This document shows, piece by piece, positions 1 through 10,916 of a stretch of DNA of 64,000 nucleotides. The DNA is from Tubulanus polymorphus (lineage: Eukaryota > Animalia > Nemertea), in the NCBI RefSeq assembly GCF_964204645.1, contig NC_134035.1, forward strand, positions 5,084,001 to 5,148,000, in the 5' to 3' direction. The notes beneath the pieces are model-generated. The model had not been told where the DNA came from, did no database searches, and saw only the letters and a program-made list of their open reading frames with translations. How positions within the stretch are numbered: the stretch's first letter is position 1; each line of letters opens with the position of its first letter. The position numbers and the translations under genes are program-made.

Positions 1-212
1 TCGGTTTAAGTACGATATGTAAACTTCAAGTTAATAAACCCTTCTGGACTGCACTGTTTCATTCCCGAAATTCCCTGCTGAATGAACTGTGATTTTACTA
101 TCAACTACTTATAGGTTTGTATTATCTATAAAACATGCATTTCAAACATTACAATCAAGATGCAGCCCGTTAAATATCCATCACTGATGACAACCGCTTA
201 TTTACAATTTCT

Positions 213-410
213 TCATTTATTTGTGATCAAGCATTCGTTTTCGCTGTCAACTTCTCGATTTCCGTTGCGACGGTTGTTTATCGACGCTGTGTTTCCGTTC
301 GCGCTTATAACGCCGACTGCGCCATCGTTGGCAGGTGGCACCACCTGTGTCGGCATGTTTCCGGATGCTGTCGTGTCTTCGTCGCTCGTCGACCCCTTCA
401 CATCTGATTT
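213..410 (-). CDS. SPPL2: SPPL2 exon 15, cytosolic tail to stop (KSDVKGST...SENECLITNK*)
   Basis: tcgtag acceptor in phase 0, open frame to TGA at 213-215. Confidence 0.8.
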   Translation of the reverse strand, partial: KSDVKGSTSDEDTTASGNMPTQVVPPANDGAVGVISANGNTASINNRRNGNREVDSENECLITNK

Positions 411-731
411 CTACGAATATTTGAAGCAGACACGAAAATATATCAAATATTTCTCACAGAGGATATCACAAAATCGTTTTAACACTGTCGCTTAACACCT
501 CTACTACTGCTGCGATAATAAGGTGCTGCCCCTAATTACCACTACAAATATACTCGTAGGTTGGCACTGAAGCTAGCTGCTATATTGTCAGCCTTTATTT
601 GAAATTGACCAACGAGCATTGAGAATGAAGCTGAGTTCGTTCACATTGCCAGACAAACAGGATCTGTGTCCCAGCGCAAATATCAAACAGTGAATAAGAA
701 GAATCAGCTACGAATTTATTTGTAGCCGGCA

Positions 732-867
732 CAGGGCCCAGTTTCACGAAAAAGTCTAAGCCTAAAACGGTTAAGTTTGAATTGTTATCCTCATCGAAAA
801 CATGAAGAAAACCAATAGCAATTACACCAAAAATTAGAGTTTAACTTTTTTGTGAAACTGAGCCCTG
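732..867. mobile_element. MITE family A (TIR CAGGGCCCAGTTTCACGAAAAA-like)
   Basis: Terminal inverted repeats; inverted homolog at 7486-7620. Confidence 0.7.
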
Positions 868-1031
868 GTGACAGAACCGGGAGTACGAGTATAATCGTAG
901 TGGCACCGATGACAGACCCGAAAGTACAATTACAGTCATCAAAGTACGGCTTCACAACAATATCTTTCACTAACTTATGATTTTGAGACAATTTCACTCG
1001 TAGCGTAAAAGGAGATGTCTTGTATACATAC

Positions 1032-1186
1032 CTTATCCCCGGACCACAATAGAGGCAATTCCCGTCTTAAAGCACCGATAGCCAGAGTCGTCAGGAGGGT
1101 GCATGGTACGAGATAGAGTAACGCGGGCTGTCCCGTTTCCATCATTGCTAGGGCGATAAATGTTATCAACAATCCGATTCCATACC
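1032..1186 (-). CDS. SPPL2: SPPL2 exon 14 (YGIGLLITFIALAMMETGQPALLYLVPCTL...LWSGDK)
   Basis: QPALLYLVP (PAL) motif; ttacag acceptor, gtatgt donor, 155 nt. Confidence 0.95.
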
Positions 1187-1270
1187 CTGTAATTATCAAA
1201 ATTCTTCAGCGTCACATCTGATCTTAGTAATGAAATCTAATCGAATATTTCTATGATTTCGCTCACGTAC

Positions 1271-1348
1271 CTAACGAACAGCCTATGAAGTATATCTTTT
1301 TACTCTGAACTCGAAGGTCTATACCGTGACAATACGCGACCAGTAAAC
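1271..1348 (-). CDS. SPPL2: SPPL2 exon 13 (LLVAYCHGIDLRVQSKKIYFIGCSL)
   Basis: ttcaag acceptor, gtacgt donor, 78 nt, phases 1/1. Confidence 0.93.
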
Positions 1349-1406
1349 CTTGAAGAGAAAATACGTTTTAATCACAACCAAAGAGTATGTAGATCGAAGG
1401 ATTGGC

Positions 1407-1689
1407 CAGGGCAGCCACTTTCATTTGGATTGCTTTTTCCCTGACTATTCCCTGACATGCACATTGTTTTCACTGACTTGATCTGCTAAGAATCCAATCA
1501 ATTATCAAAGTCAAATATAGAAGACATATAGACAGAAACTGTTTTATTTTACCCGCGTTCTAGCAACTTCAAAACAAATTTCCTCGACTTTTCCCTCATT
1601 TTTAGCTCTTATCACAAAATTCCCTGACTTCGTTTAAAGAAAAGAAAATTCCCAGACTTTTCCCCGATTTCCAGGTATGCGGCCACCCG
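1407..1689. mobile_element. Non-autonomous DNA element with CAGGG(T)GGCCAC-type ends (hAT-like)
   Basis: Inverted ends, internal ttccctgac repeats; related inverted copy at 52697-52989. Confidence 0.55.
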
Positions 1690-1751
1690 GTTTGTCCTTC
1701 ATAAAATATTTTGTGGACATTCCACACACAACTTGACGCATGCTGCCTTAC

Positions 1752-1851
1752 CGGGGACAATTATATCTCCAAATCCTAGCAACGAATAAGGCAAACTGCA
1801 TATCGACAATGATGATACCGCCAATCGAGGCACTTTCAATACCAGCGGTAG
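1752..1851 (-). CDS. SPPL2: SPPL2 exon 12, second catalytic Asp (LPLVLKVPRL...SLLGFGDIIVPG)
   Basis: GxGD motif LGFGD; aacag acceptor, gtaagg donor, 100 nt. Confidence 0.95.
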
Positions 1852-1943
1852 CTGTTAATGAAAAATAGATCGCATTAAAAACACTGGGTCTTCCGAAAAA
1901 TTACCGAATAGCGCAACTAACGACACGCTCTGCAGTGTTTTAC

Positions 1944-2003
1944 CTCTTCTCCAGAATGGCTGCTTCCACCGGTTACTACATCAACCATTACGCTATCATG
2001 ATT
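1944..2003 (-). CDS. SPPL2: SPPL2 exon 11 (NHDSVMVDVVTGGSSHSGEE)
   Basis: S.MV.V.TG motif; tgtag acceptor, gtaaaa donor, 60 nt. Confidence 0.92.
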
Positions 2004-2039
2004 CTACACAACAATGGCAGAAAGTATTATTAATATTAT

Positions 2040-2235
2040 CAGGGTCCGATCTAAGGAATGAAAGCCTCTTGCCCGGGGTTGAGCATATCTGAAATTAAAT
2101 TTCGCTAGCCCCCCTCAATCTACTAGCCCTACACTGGCAGTCATCCATTTTATCGCTTTGAGACATAAAATACACGCCCTTATGAGAATATAATTGTCCC
2201 CGGAAATCGGACACAAGTGCTTAGATCAGACCCTC
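2040..2235. mobile_element. MITE (TIR CAGGGTCCGATCTAAG)
   Basis: cagggtccgatctaag ... cttagatcagaccct inverted termini. Confidence 0.6.
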
Positions 2236-2301
2236 CTTATTCATATATAACATTCATTTGAGGGGAAAGCATTGAAAATCCAGTGATTCATTATAAATTA
2301 C

Positions 2302-2376
2302 CTTAGTGAAAAGTGGAGTGATGAATACAAAAAATATATCATAGAAGAACAATAACACCAGTAGTATAGCGCAAGC
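2302..2376 (-). CDS. SPPL2: SPPL2 exon 10, first catalytic Asp (LFFYDIFFVFITP)
   Basis: YD catalytic motif; ttgtag acceptor, gtaatt donor, 75 nt. Confidence 0.95.
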
Positions 2377-2456
2377 CTACAATTAATACATTCCATTAGA
2401 ATATTTCTACATTCGAGTATGTTATGATAAAAAGGTTTAGTTGTAGTTTAACTTAC

Positions 2457-2538
2457 TTTTAGACTCGGTAAACGAAGAGTCTTCAACAAATGAACGCAAA
2501 ATACGACTCCTAAGAAATCTTGCAGCACCCACGCGTAA
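2457..2538 (-). CDS. SPPL2: SPPL2 exon 9 (YAWVLQDFLGVVFCVHLLKTLRLPSLK)
   Basis: AW.LQD.LG motif; ttacag acceptor, gtaagt donor, 82 nt. Confidence 0.94.
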
Positions 2539-2597
2539 CTGTAAGGAAAATGTACACAATGAAGTTACGAGTCATCTAAATACCTTCGAATCAAACT

Positions 2598-3090
2598 CTA
2601 ATGACTATTTCAACTTGACTTGAGACGACATTGGGTGTTCCTAGCTCAAGTCAGTTTTATTGGAACATACCTGATAAAAGTCATAATGGCACCAGAATGG
2701 AGTGGCAGTTAAACGAAAACACCATTTTTTTAATCCATTCAACGCTGTATTGAAAGGATTAGAAAAAAGTCTTCATTGAAAGGGGTTGAATTGAGAAAAG
2801 TGACTCCATGATTTGAATGTTTAACAATGCGTTTCCATGCCTATATGCCATAATTTTTCATAATTTGAAAAAAACTTCAGTTGGTGGGCATGGAGACATA
2901 TCGGTAAACTTTATTTAGACAAGAAAATGTTGTCTCTTCTATCATGCAACCCCCGTCAATGAAGACTGGTTTGCTATCCTTCAATACAATGTTTTAGTCC
3001 TATAAAGACTTTTATCAGGTATGTTCTAACAAAACTGGCTGAGCTAGGCCCACCTGATGTCCTTTCAAGAAAAGCTGAAATAGCCGTTAG
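2598..3090. repeat. ~490-bp fold-back element in SPPL2 intron 8
   Basis: Left arm (e.g. gaacatacctgataaaagtc, gtcttcattga) is reverse-complementary to right arm. Confidence 0.75.
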
Positions 3091-3117
3091 CAATATCAAA
3101 GTTATCTCTATGCTGAC

Positions 3118-3231
3118 CTCGCGTGACGTTCTATAGCCCACCATATAACTATAGCACCTGCAACTATGAGCAGAGCTATACTTCTGTATTCCGGACGCTG
3201 AGATAACAGTGGAATCGGATTAGCCGGTATC
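3118..3231 (-). CDS. SPPL2: SPPL2 exon 8 (IPANPIP...IVIWWAIERHA)
   Basis: ttgtag acceptor, gtcagc donor, 114 nt, phases consistent. Confidence 0.88.
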
Positions 3232-3311
3232 CTACAATACAAAATAGTATAATTACACTCTTAATCCTATAATCCTCTTTAATCCGTTAATTCTTCTTGA
3301 ATAGTTTTCAC

Positions 3312-3408
3312 CTCTGAGCACCGCACGGTAGTCTATCAACTAGCGGTTTAAACGACGCATGCAAAGACGCCCACGTGCCGATACAAAACAGACCAATCAC
3401 AACATACA
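3312..3408 (-). CDS. SPPL2: SPPL2 exon 7 (VYVVIGLFCIG...LVDRLPCG)
   Basis: tttcag acceptor, gtgaaa donor, 97 nt, phases consistent. Confidence 0.9.
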
Positions 3409-3511
3409 CTGAAATACAGAAATCAGATCAAGGAAATAGTCAATATTACTCAGTTATTTGTAACAGATATAGATAGATAATTGGGAGGGGGGATTGGGGG
3501 GCAGCACATAC

Positions 3512-3690
3512 CTAAATAGTCGTAGAAGAAATAAAGCGAAACAAGCATCGCTATCATCATGATCACTAATACAATCACTATTTTCGGCCCGATGTCCAAC
3601 GTGTTTTCGGGCTCTTCATCGGAGCCACGAGATATCGGAGCCGTTTCTGAACCCGGCCGATGCTGTCGCGCTAACTGCTTACGAACATAC
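3512..3690 (-). CDS. SPPL2: SPPL2 exon 6 (..VIVLVIMMIAMLVSLYFFYDYL)
   Basis: ttcag acceptor, gtatgt donor, 179 nt, phases 2/1 match neighbours; LYFFYDYL motif. Confidence 0.92.
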
Positions 3691-4172
3691 CTGAAAGATT
3701 AAGTCATTCGTTCAAAGATCAAACAGAGTTCAAGTTCTAAGTCATGAATAAAGCGGAGGAGATAATAAGCTGCAATCCTTTGGAAAGTAGATTGTACTGA
3801 GACGTAAACTAAACTTGTTTTGACGCCTATCATAGGGTAGTTAAAGACCAACTTTATAAACTTTGGCCCATCTCATCCAGGACCCAGTTCTACGGTTGTT
3901 ATATAGGCCTATGATTCTAGAGTCCAAATGTTGGAAATTAACTCATGTCAAGAGTAAAACTAAATAGTAACAATTTATCATTCTTAGGTGCTTTACATTT
4001 AAACAATCTCTAAGCTCTTTACAAAATATGATTTTTTTCCTAATCATAAAATTCTTTGAATCAACTTCGTAACTGAGAACAGTAAAATTTTGATGAAAGA
4101 CCAAACAACACTCTTAGAAGGGATCAAAGTGTTTTCTAGTAACTAGACAGATTCAGGGTTCGCTGTACGTAC

Positions 4173-4312
4173 TGTTTGTGTTTAACGTGTCCAGACCAGT
4201 ATCCACCGACGACCACAGTACCCACCGCCAGCAACCAGATCAGTAACAGATTATAATCAACCCGAGGCGTCTCCGGTGCGAACATGCGTACGATGACATC
4301 GTTACCAAATGA
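4173..4312 (-). CDS. SPPL2: SPPL2 exon 5 (..VDYNLLLIWLLAVGTVVVGGYWSG.., TM1)
   Basis: tgtag acceptor, gtacgt donor, 140 nt; AVGTV..GGYWSG is typical of SPPL2. Confidence 0.92.
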
Positions 4313-4391
4313 CTACATTAAAAAACACCAGTTAAACAGAATCGTAAAATAATGAACAGAGGCTATTATCAAATACCGGGGTCAGCGTTAC

Positions 4392-4481
4392 CTGTATAGT
4401 GGTGTAATCAGTGTACGCGATTAAACCTACAGTTATGTTGACATCCGCGTAATGTGACGATGTATTAGCGCGTGGTTCACC
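4392..4481 (-). CDS. SPPL2: SPPL2 exon 4 (GEPRANTSSHYADVNITVGLIAYTDYTTIQ)
   Basis: ttttaag acceptor, CAG|gtaacg donor, 90 nt, end of PA domain. Confidence 0.88.
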
Positions 4482-4729
4482 CTTAAAATACACAAAAATG
4501 TATTTCATTAATTTGAAACACATTTAATGAGGATACAGATTTCTGTTTTGTTGACTGAGGAATCTAATAAAAGACTGTTATCACTAAGAGAACAGCCACA
4601 GGCCCACAAATTCCAGGTTCAGTTGCCCAGTTATGATTTAAGCCGAAAAGTGGTCTGAAATCTTATGAAGATTGGCTATAGAACTAAGACGATCTTGGAC
4701 TGGTCTTAAATCCAAGGCATGCAACTAGT

Positions 4730-4850
4730 CTGGGGCCGGTTCCATGGTCAAGACTCATAAGATAGGTCTTAAGTTGTTAAATTAGCTTCAGAACTCAGGT
4801 GGTCTTAGACTGGTCTTAAGTCTAAGCCCTGACGTTGGAACTGGCCCCTG
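4730..4850. mobile_element. MITE with GGGGCCGGTTCCA/TGGAACTGGCCCC ends; internal agactggtcttaag motif family
   Basis: Inverted termini; same internal motif recurs at ~40560-40930, ~55730-55900, ~63920-64000. Confidence 0.55.
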
Positions 4851-4930
4851 TAGACTAAGATTGATAGGACCTGTAACTTATCAGTGCAAAACATTATGGA
4901 TTTAGGGATTTGGCATTTCAGAAACCTTAC

Positions 4931-5113
4931 CATATCTGTTTTACTGACGATCAGCACACCGGCGCCCCCTGCTGTCTGTATCACATCGGCTTTCTCCGAA
5001 AACGTGCAGTTTCCTCGGGCGACGAACACAACATTGTTGCGTATTTTTTTCGAATCCGGAGGGTCATCGTTGCAGGCGTACCCCGGGTAGATACTCCTCG
5101 TGCTGTAGTTCAC
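4931..5113 (-). CDS. SPPL2: SPPL2 exon 3, PA domain (VVFVARGNCTFSEKADVIQTAGGAGVLIVS)
   Basis: RGNCTF.EKA is the PA-domain signature; AG/GT boundaries, 183 nt. Confidence 0.93.
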
Positions 5114-5210
5114 CTGTTTGAATTAAGGCAATAAATTAATTCAACGATGAAATCTGATTATTTTTCTAAAATTGGATTAGACCTTTTTTAGCCTAAAAAA
5201 GTAGGCCTAC

Positions 5211-5324
5211 CGCTGCAGATTGCGATGATGGCAAATCCTTGAATTTTGCATTGTACAGAATACAGAATTGACCCTGTTTAGATGGATTGGCTTTACTCCA
5301 TGCATTCAGAACTCCAAACTCAGC
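5211..5324 (-). CDS. SPPL2: SPPL2 exon 2 (AEFGVLNAW...QFCILYNAKFKDLP...)
   Basis: ttgtag acceptor, gtaggc donor, 114 nt; CILYN resembles the SPPL2 N-terminal ectodomain. Confidence 0.88.
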
Positions 5325-5546
5325 CTACAATTAAACGACGAAAGCCAATTACAACTGACCAAACGATGAAAAGTTCGAAAATGAAATTGAAAACAAAAAA
5401 GTTGATAGTGGCAGCAGGCCGATGATGATGAGAATGCGGTTTCTTTTTGGGGTGACGGTGGAAATGATCGGGGATTAATGGGTCGCATTCAAAATGGATC
5501 AGACGAATTAACTCAATGTTTAGTTTTGAATTGTAGAATAATTTAC

Positions 5547-5621
5547 CTCAGAAAGCGTCATGAATGACGCCAAAAAGACGATTATCACACCGTAGTAAAC
5601 ATGTTTACAGCTAGCTGTCAT
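5547..5621 (-). CDS. SPPL2: SPPL2 exon 1 (MTASCKHVYYGVIIVFLASFMTLSE, signal peptide)
   Basis: aaaATG start, hydrophobic stretch, GAG|gtaaat donor, phase 0. Confidence 0.85.
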
Positions 5622-6040
5622 TTTGTAGTAAATAAACTAGCGCCGTCTTGTGCTGCCACCTAGAAATTAGTCAATTATCATTTGCATGGTAAGACATCAC
5701 ATAATTGCAAAATAATATTAGCAATATGAGGAAAGCTATGAAAACGTGTCATAACCAACAAAGCTGTTCAAATTGCTTTGACTTGAGATATCTCATTATT
5801 TGTACAATAAATTTAAATTGATTTCGGAGCATTCCTCACCGAAAGTCGCAAGATTGTGTCGCGTAAAAATCTGAATTACGGAATCGACTAATAAACTATA
5901 TCAGCGTATCTAAAATATTAGATTGGAAACTACAAAACCTAAATAAAATGTATGGAAATATTCTTTAGATAACTATTATTGATAATTATTGTTTTTTATA
6001 GATCGAATTAAGGATTAATCGATTTATCCTATCGTAGGCT
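5622..6040. promoter_or_regulatory. Probable short bidirectional promoter between SPPL2 and liprin-alpha
   Basis: Head-to-head genes; SPPL2 ATG at 5621, CpG-rich liprin leader begins about 6020. Confidence 0.45.
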
Positions 6041-6326
6041 GATTTCTGCGCGACAGGATCGCGATGCTCTGACCTAATTCGGGGCGGAGAAAATGGCTTC
6101 CTGAAGAAGAACAGCAAAAACTGCGGTCGAAATGACGTCCAAATCGTCGCGTTAAACGAATACCGACAACTCCAACCGATATCCGAACTGACCGAGGATA
6201 AGCCAGGTTATTTGTGTAAATGAAAATGTCGATTCTATGACGGCAGCTGATCGAATTTAGAGCCGTTTTCCAGGCGAAATATAAGAGACAATTTTGAACT
6301 GTCAAATTTTGTGGCCCGACAGTCCA
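6040..6326 (+). other. Putative non-coding 5' exon of liprin-alpha (start approximate), intron 6327-6886
   Basis: CpG-rich block ends in CCA|gtgagt donor; matching tttatgattttag| acceptor at 6886 opens the ATG-containing exon. Confidence 0.5.
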
Positions 6327-7194
6327 GTGAGTTTTTGGGAGGTATATTTACACAAAGTCCAGGCTTTTATCATATGAGGTTAATAATCAGTTTATAACCT
6401 TCATCTCATGCGTCCATTCGTTATATAGATTGCACTGATTTTAATATTTTCAGGGTTTAGTCTGAGGAGGTAGGGTTGGTTGGGTTGGTTTGGTTAAGGG
6501 TTTTGAATTTGATTTTAGGATACACAACAGTTATTTTACTGGTTGGGGAGGATAAAAGTGCGTCTAAGGGAAGGTTATGGGTGTGAGTTTGAAGATAAAT
6601 AGAGAGGGTTTGGGATACATTAAGCATTTATATGTAAGCATTAGGGGTAAGTCTCAAAAAAAGGGTTCAGATTATGGGTTTAAAAGGTAGGGGGAAGGGC
6701 ATAGATATCCAGGTTTAAGATAAGTAAGGCATACTAAGGGTAGGGGTAAGATAAGACTAGTATAGGGCAAGGAGCATAGGTATCCGGGTTAAAGAGGGGT
6801 TACTAAGGGTAGCGGTAAGACTAGTTTAGGATAAGGGTGGTAAAGTTAAGATTTAGATTATACGCGTTTGTATTTTATGATTTTAGCGCGCAGAGGAAAA
6901 TTGACCGAACAACGTTGTGTATCGAAAACAGTCGATCCGTCTGGTGGAGACCTCTAGAGGCGGCGAGTGAAATGAGGCCCGGTCGTCGATACGTGGATCA
7001 ATTTTAAAATCGAACGACTGTTTGAGTTTTGTTTTTTTTCGGATATCGGCGCAATCGGATGCGGAAATTAAAACGCTCGCGTGTGGATTAAAAAACGAAT
7101 TGGATATTATTCGCGTTTCCTATTTTTGGAAACTTACGCGTTTCGAGTGCGAAAATTATACAGAAATCGCGGTTTTTAAGTCTCCGGCCCGAAA

Positions 7195-7434
7195 ATGATG
7201 TGCGACGTGATGCCGACGATCTCAGAGGACGGATCGAACGATCGCGACTCGACGCTCTCCGGCGACGACGCCAACTTCGAACAGCTGATGGTGAACATGC
7301 TCGACGAACGAGACAAACTGATGGAGACGTTACGCGAGACGCAGGAACAGCTGGCGTATCAGACGACGCGCGCCGACGACGCCGAGAAAGAACGTGACGC
7401 CGTACAGAATCAATTACGCGCGACGACGCCACAG
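7195..7434 (+). CDS. PPFIA: Liprin-alpha coding exon 1 (MMCDVMPTISED...NFEQLMVNMLDERDKLMETLRETQE...TTPQ)
   Basis: MMC.VMPTISED and FEQLMVNMLDERDKL are the conserved liprin-alpha/SYD-2 N-terminus; CAG|gtgaga donor, phase 0. Confidence 0.96.
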
Positions 7435-7485
7435 GTGAGAATAAGTGACTAGTCTACGATGAGAATCTGTTAAACAGGGTTCTTA

Positions 7486-7620
7486 CTGGGTCTAGTTTCA
7501 CGACAAAGTTTAACTCAAGTTTTTGGTGTAATTGCCATTGGTTTCTTCATGTTTTCAATGAGGACAACAATTCAGATTTAACCGATTTAAGCTTTAACTT
7601 TTTCATGAAACTGAACCCAG
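7486..7620. mobile_element. MITE family A, second copy in opposite orientation
   Basis: Reverse complement of 732-867 interior (ggtgtaattgc, tttcttcatgtttt) with TIRs. Confidence 0.7.
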
Positions 7621-7654
7621 ATCAGGGAATTATGACTCGTCTCCAAAATTCGGG

Positions 7655-8280
7655 AATGAATTTGCATTTTCTTGGTCTTGTTGTTCACGCTTGTGACGAG
7701 TGGCGAAAGGAACCTTTTGGTAATTAACATTTCCCGCTGAGGATAACTTGTGATTTAATCAGGGGAATTTGAGTCGAGGGTCTGCTCGGAAATTGTTTGG
7801 AACCCTGGTTACAGGTTTGTATTGTTTGGATAGACTTTCGCCATTAGTCTCATAAAAATTGTTGACACCTTGTCAAAAATTAGTAGAAATCCTGATAATA
7901 CTAACCTGCATCGCGGAAATTAATAGTATATGATAATGATAAACACAAATTTCAGCTTTAATATTTTGCATAAAGAATTTGAATTTTGTGTGTCTAGTTG
8001 TTCTTGCTGGTGACGAGTGGCATAAGGAACCTCTTGTTCAGAAAGAATCCCATTTGAGGATATCTTGTGATTTAATCAAGGAATTTTTTGTCGAGGGAAT
8101 AGTTTGGATCCCTGGTTATAGGTTCGTAATGGTTAGTGTAGGACTTTCGCGTTTAGTCTCATAAACAATTAATGATAGTCGACAGCGTAGAAATCCTGAT
8201 AATACATACCTGTATCCTGGTAATGAATAATGATAATGATAAATACGAATTTGGGCTTTAATATTTTATATAAAGACCTG
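7655..8280 (+). repeat. Diverged tandem duplication, ~320 bp x2
   Basis: gtgacgagtggc, cttgtgatttaatc, tagaaatcctgataatac each occur twice about 320 bp apart. Confidence 0.8.
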
Positions 8281-9043
8281 AACCTGTGCAAGTGTCCGAT
8301 CTTTTCTTGTTCAAACGCGTTTTATTTCCTTTCATCTGTTCGTTTGAATCTTTAACAAGTCCTCGATGTATAAAATACCTTTGAAAATATCAAACGAATC
8401 AGTGGTTTTAAAGACGTTTTAAAAACTCGGCTTTCCTTTAAAATCTTGTTAAAAACGATCCGTACGATGTGCACACGTAGTCTAGTCTAGTCTAAACGTG
8501 GATGTACAGTTTTTGAAGACTTTTAAATTCTGTTCTAGATTGATGATGTCTTCATCTGATCTTCTTTTTGTCGCATTATAGAAAATTCCAACGATGTGTA
8601 AAACCGTCATTTCTGGTTCATTGATTCTGGATTTCTGGCCATTTTTTGTATAAAGAACTTTGTTTAAGTGCAATATTGTTATCGATATTGGTAATGGCCC
8701 CGCTCCTACGACACTAGAGGTGTATCGGTTTACGGATTTGAGTTTTTAAAATGCGGACAATTATTTGTTAGAAGACGCTCGAATTTGTGTGACTCAAATT
8801 TTCGTGCGTTGTGCTAGTATCGGGTTCGAGGTCAAGTGAACTTCATTCTTTTTTTCGAGTCTTTTCATTGGTCGATTTAAAGTGCGTTTAGTACAAGTCG
8901 CTAAAGAGCTGTTGCTGATTTTGAGTGCTAGTCGAACTAAAAAATGGTCACTGGTTTGAATTTGAATAATTGTTAAACATTTAGTGATGCCGCTCTATCT
9001 TTTCATGCTTTATATAAGTTTATGGGGTCCAATTTCTTGAAAT

Positions 9044-9776
9044 TAATTCAGTCTCTCGCATGGAGGGGTAGAATTCAGCCTCTTGCTCGCAAGGAGGGGT
9101 AGAATTCAGCCTCTCGCGTGGAGCGGTAGAATTCAGCCTCTCGCGTGGAGCAGTAGAATTCAGTCTCTCACGGAGGGGTAGAATTCATCCTCTCGCACGG
9201 AGGGGTAGAATTCATCCTCTCGCACGGAGGGGTAGAATTCAGCCTCTCGCACGGAGCGGTAGAATTCAGCCTCTGGCACGGAGGGGTAGAATTCAGCCTC
9301 TCGCAAGGAGGGGTAGAATTCAGCCTCTCGCGTGGAGCGGTAGAATTCAGCCTCTCGCGTGGAGCGGTAGAATTCAGTCTCTCACGGAGGGGTAGAATTC
9401 ATCCTCTCGCACGGAGGGGTAGAATTCAGCCTCTCGCACGGAGGGGTAGAATTCAGCCTCTCGCACGGAGGGGTAGAATTCATCCTTTCGCACGGAGGGG
9501 TAGAATTCAGCCTCTCGCACGGAGGGGTAGAATTCATCCTTTCGCACGGAGGGGTAGAATTCAGCCTCTCGCAAGGAGGGGTAGAATTCAGCCTCTCGCA
9601 CGGAGGGGTAGAATTCATCCTTTCGCACGGAGGGGTAGAATTCAGCCTCTCGCACGGAGGGGTAGAATTCTGTCGCGTGGAGCGGTAAAATTCAGCCTCT
9701 CGCACGGAGGGGTAGAATTCAGCCTCTCGCGTGGAGCGGTAAAATTCAGCTTCTCGCATGGAGTGGTAGAATTCAT
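9044..9776 (+). repeat. 27-bp minisatellite (GGAGGGGTAGAATTCAGCCTCTCGCAC), ~27 copies
   Basis: Directly visible tandem units. Confidence 0.95.
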
Positions 9777-10341
9777 CTTATGTTGAATGAATTGATGTTA
9801 TTAAGGTTATGATAACTAAGAGAGATCAGACGATCTTAACTCTTTCATATAGAGTTCAACAAAAACTGGGCTATTGGTGTTTATTCGATAATATAGGCCT
9901 ACCGGTTGTTAGAGGTTGCTGTAAGATTTGCTTCAAATCAAACCGACTTTTTAGTTCCCGGTAGGAGCGATGGGTTTGTAAGGGACACTAAATCAAAACG
10001 AATCAAACCAAATCTACCTATCAAATGAATAGCAGGGTCAATCCCTATTTTAAGATAAGAAAAAAAAATATTTGCCTGATCAGGCATGTGTTTAACTGCC
10101 AGTGAGGTTATGTGCACCTCTTTCAGGGAGGTCGATATACACAGTTGTTGGTCAAACTGTCTCTACCGTTGAAATAGAGAGTTTCAACATGTGACATTCA
10201 CTCATTAGAATATATTCCAAATATACCTTTTCGTTATTGCTCCATGTACCCTCCAATGTTTTGAATCAGAGCTGTCAACTGTTCAGAGTATTTGTTACTA
10301 TTTTGTAACGACAAAATACTGATTTGATTTGTTTGAGGCAT

Positions 10342-10916
10342 ACAGAAATATTAAAGATGTTACTGAGGATCTTACCCCCTTGATTACTGATTAATTTCAA
10401 CAGAAATATGAAAGATGTTACTGAGGGCCTTACCCCCTTGATTACTGATTAATTTGAACAGAAATATGAAAGATGTTACTGAGGGCCTTACCTCCTTGAT
10501 TACTGATTAATTTGAACAGAAATATGAAAGATGTTACTGAGGGCCTTACCTCCTTGATTACTGATTAATTTGAACAGAAATATGAAAGATGTTACTGAGG
10601 GCCTTACCTTCTTGATTACTTAGTAATTTGTACAGAAATATGAAAGATGTTACTGAGGATCTTACCCCCTTGATTACTGATTAATTTCAACAGAAATATG
10701 AAAGATGTTACTGAGGATCTTACCCCCTTGATTACTGATTAATTTCAACAGAAATATGAAAGATGTTACTGAGGATCTTACCCCCTTGATTACTGATTAA
10801 TTTCAACAGAAATATGAAAGGTGTTACTGAGGGTCTTACCCCCTTGATTACTTAGTAATTTGTACAGAAATATGAAAGGTGTTTCTGAGGCTCTTACTGT
10901 TGAATACTGATTAATT
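10342..10916 (+). repeat. 58-bp minisatellite (CAGAAATATGAAAGATGTTACTGAGG...), ~10 copies
   Basis: Unit starts at 10401 and 10459. Confidence 0.95.

Larger units (their letters stand above)
213..5621 (-). other. SPPL2: SPPL2-type signal peptide peptidase-like gene span (15 coding exons, 1740 nt CDS, 579 aa)
   Basis: Manual assembly of 15 GT-AG exons gives one continuous frame: signal peptide, PA domain, multiple TM segments, YD and LGFGD catalytic motifs, QPALLYLVP motif. Confidence 0.95.

Noticed and set aside
160-495. 111-aa plus-strand ORF, and antisense ORF 7088-7432
   Set aside because: Antisense shadows of real SPPL2 and liprin exons
6450-6850. Telomere-like G-rich sequence
   Set aside because: Only scattered TTAGGG-like words; degenerate intronic low-complexity repeat
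9374-9759. Repetitive ORFs (REAEFYPSVR, CERLNSTPP) resembling a neuropeptide precursor
   Set aside because: Product of a 27-bp minisatellite open in several frames; no signal peptide or splice context; indels break the frame
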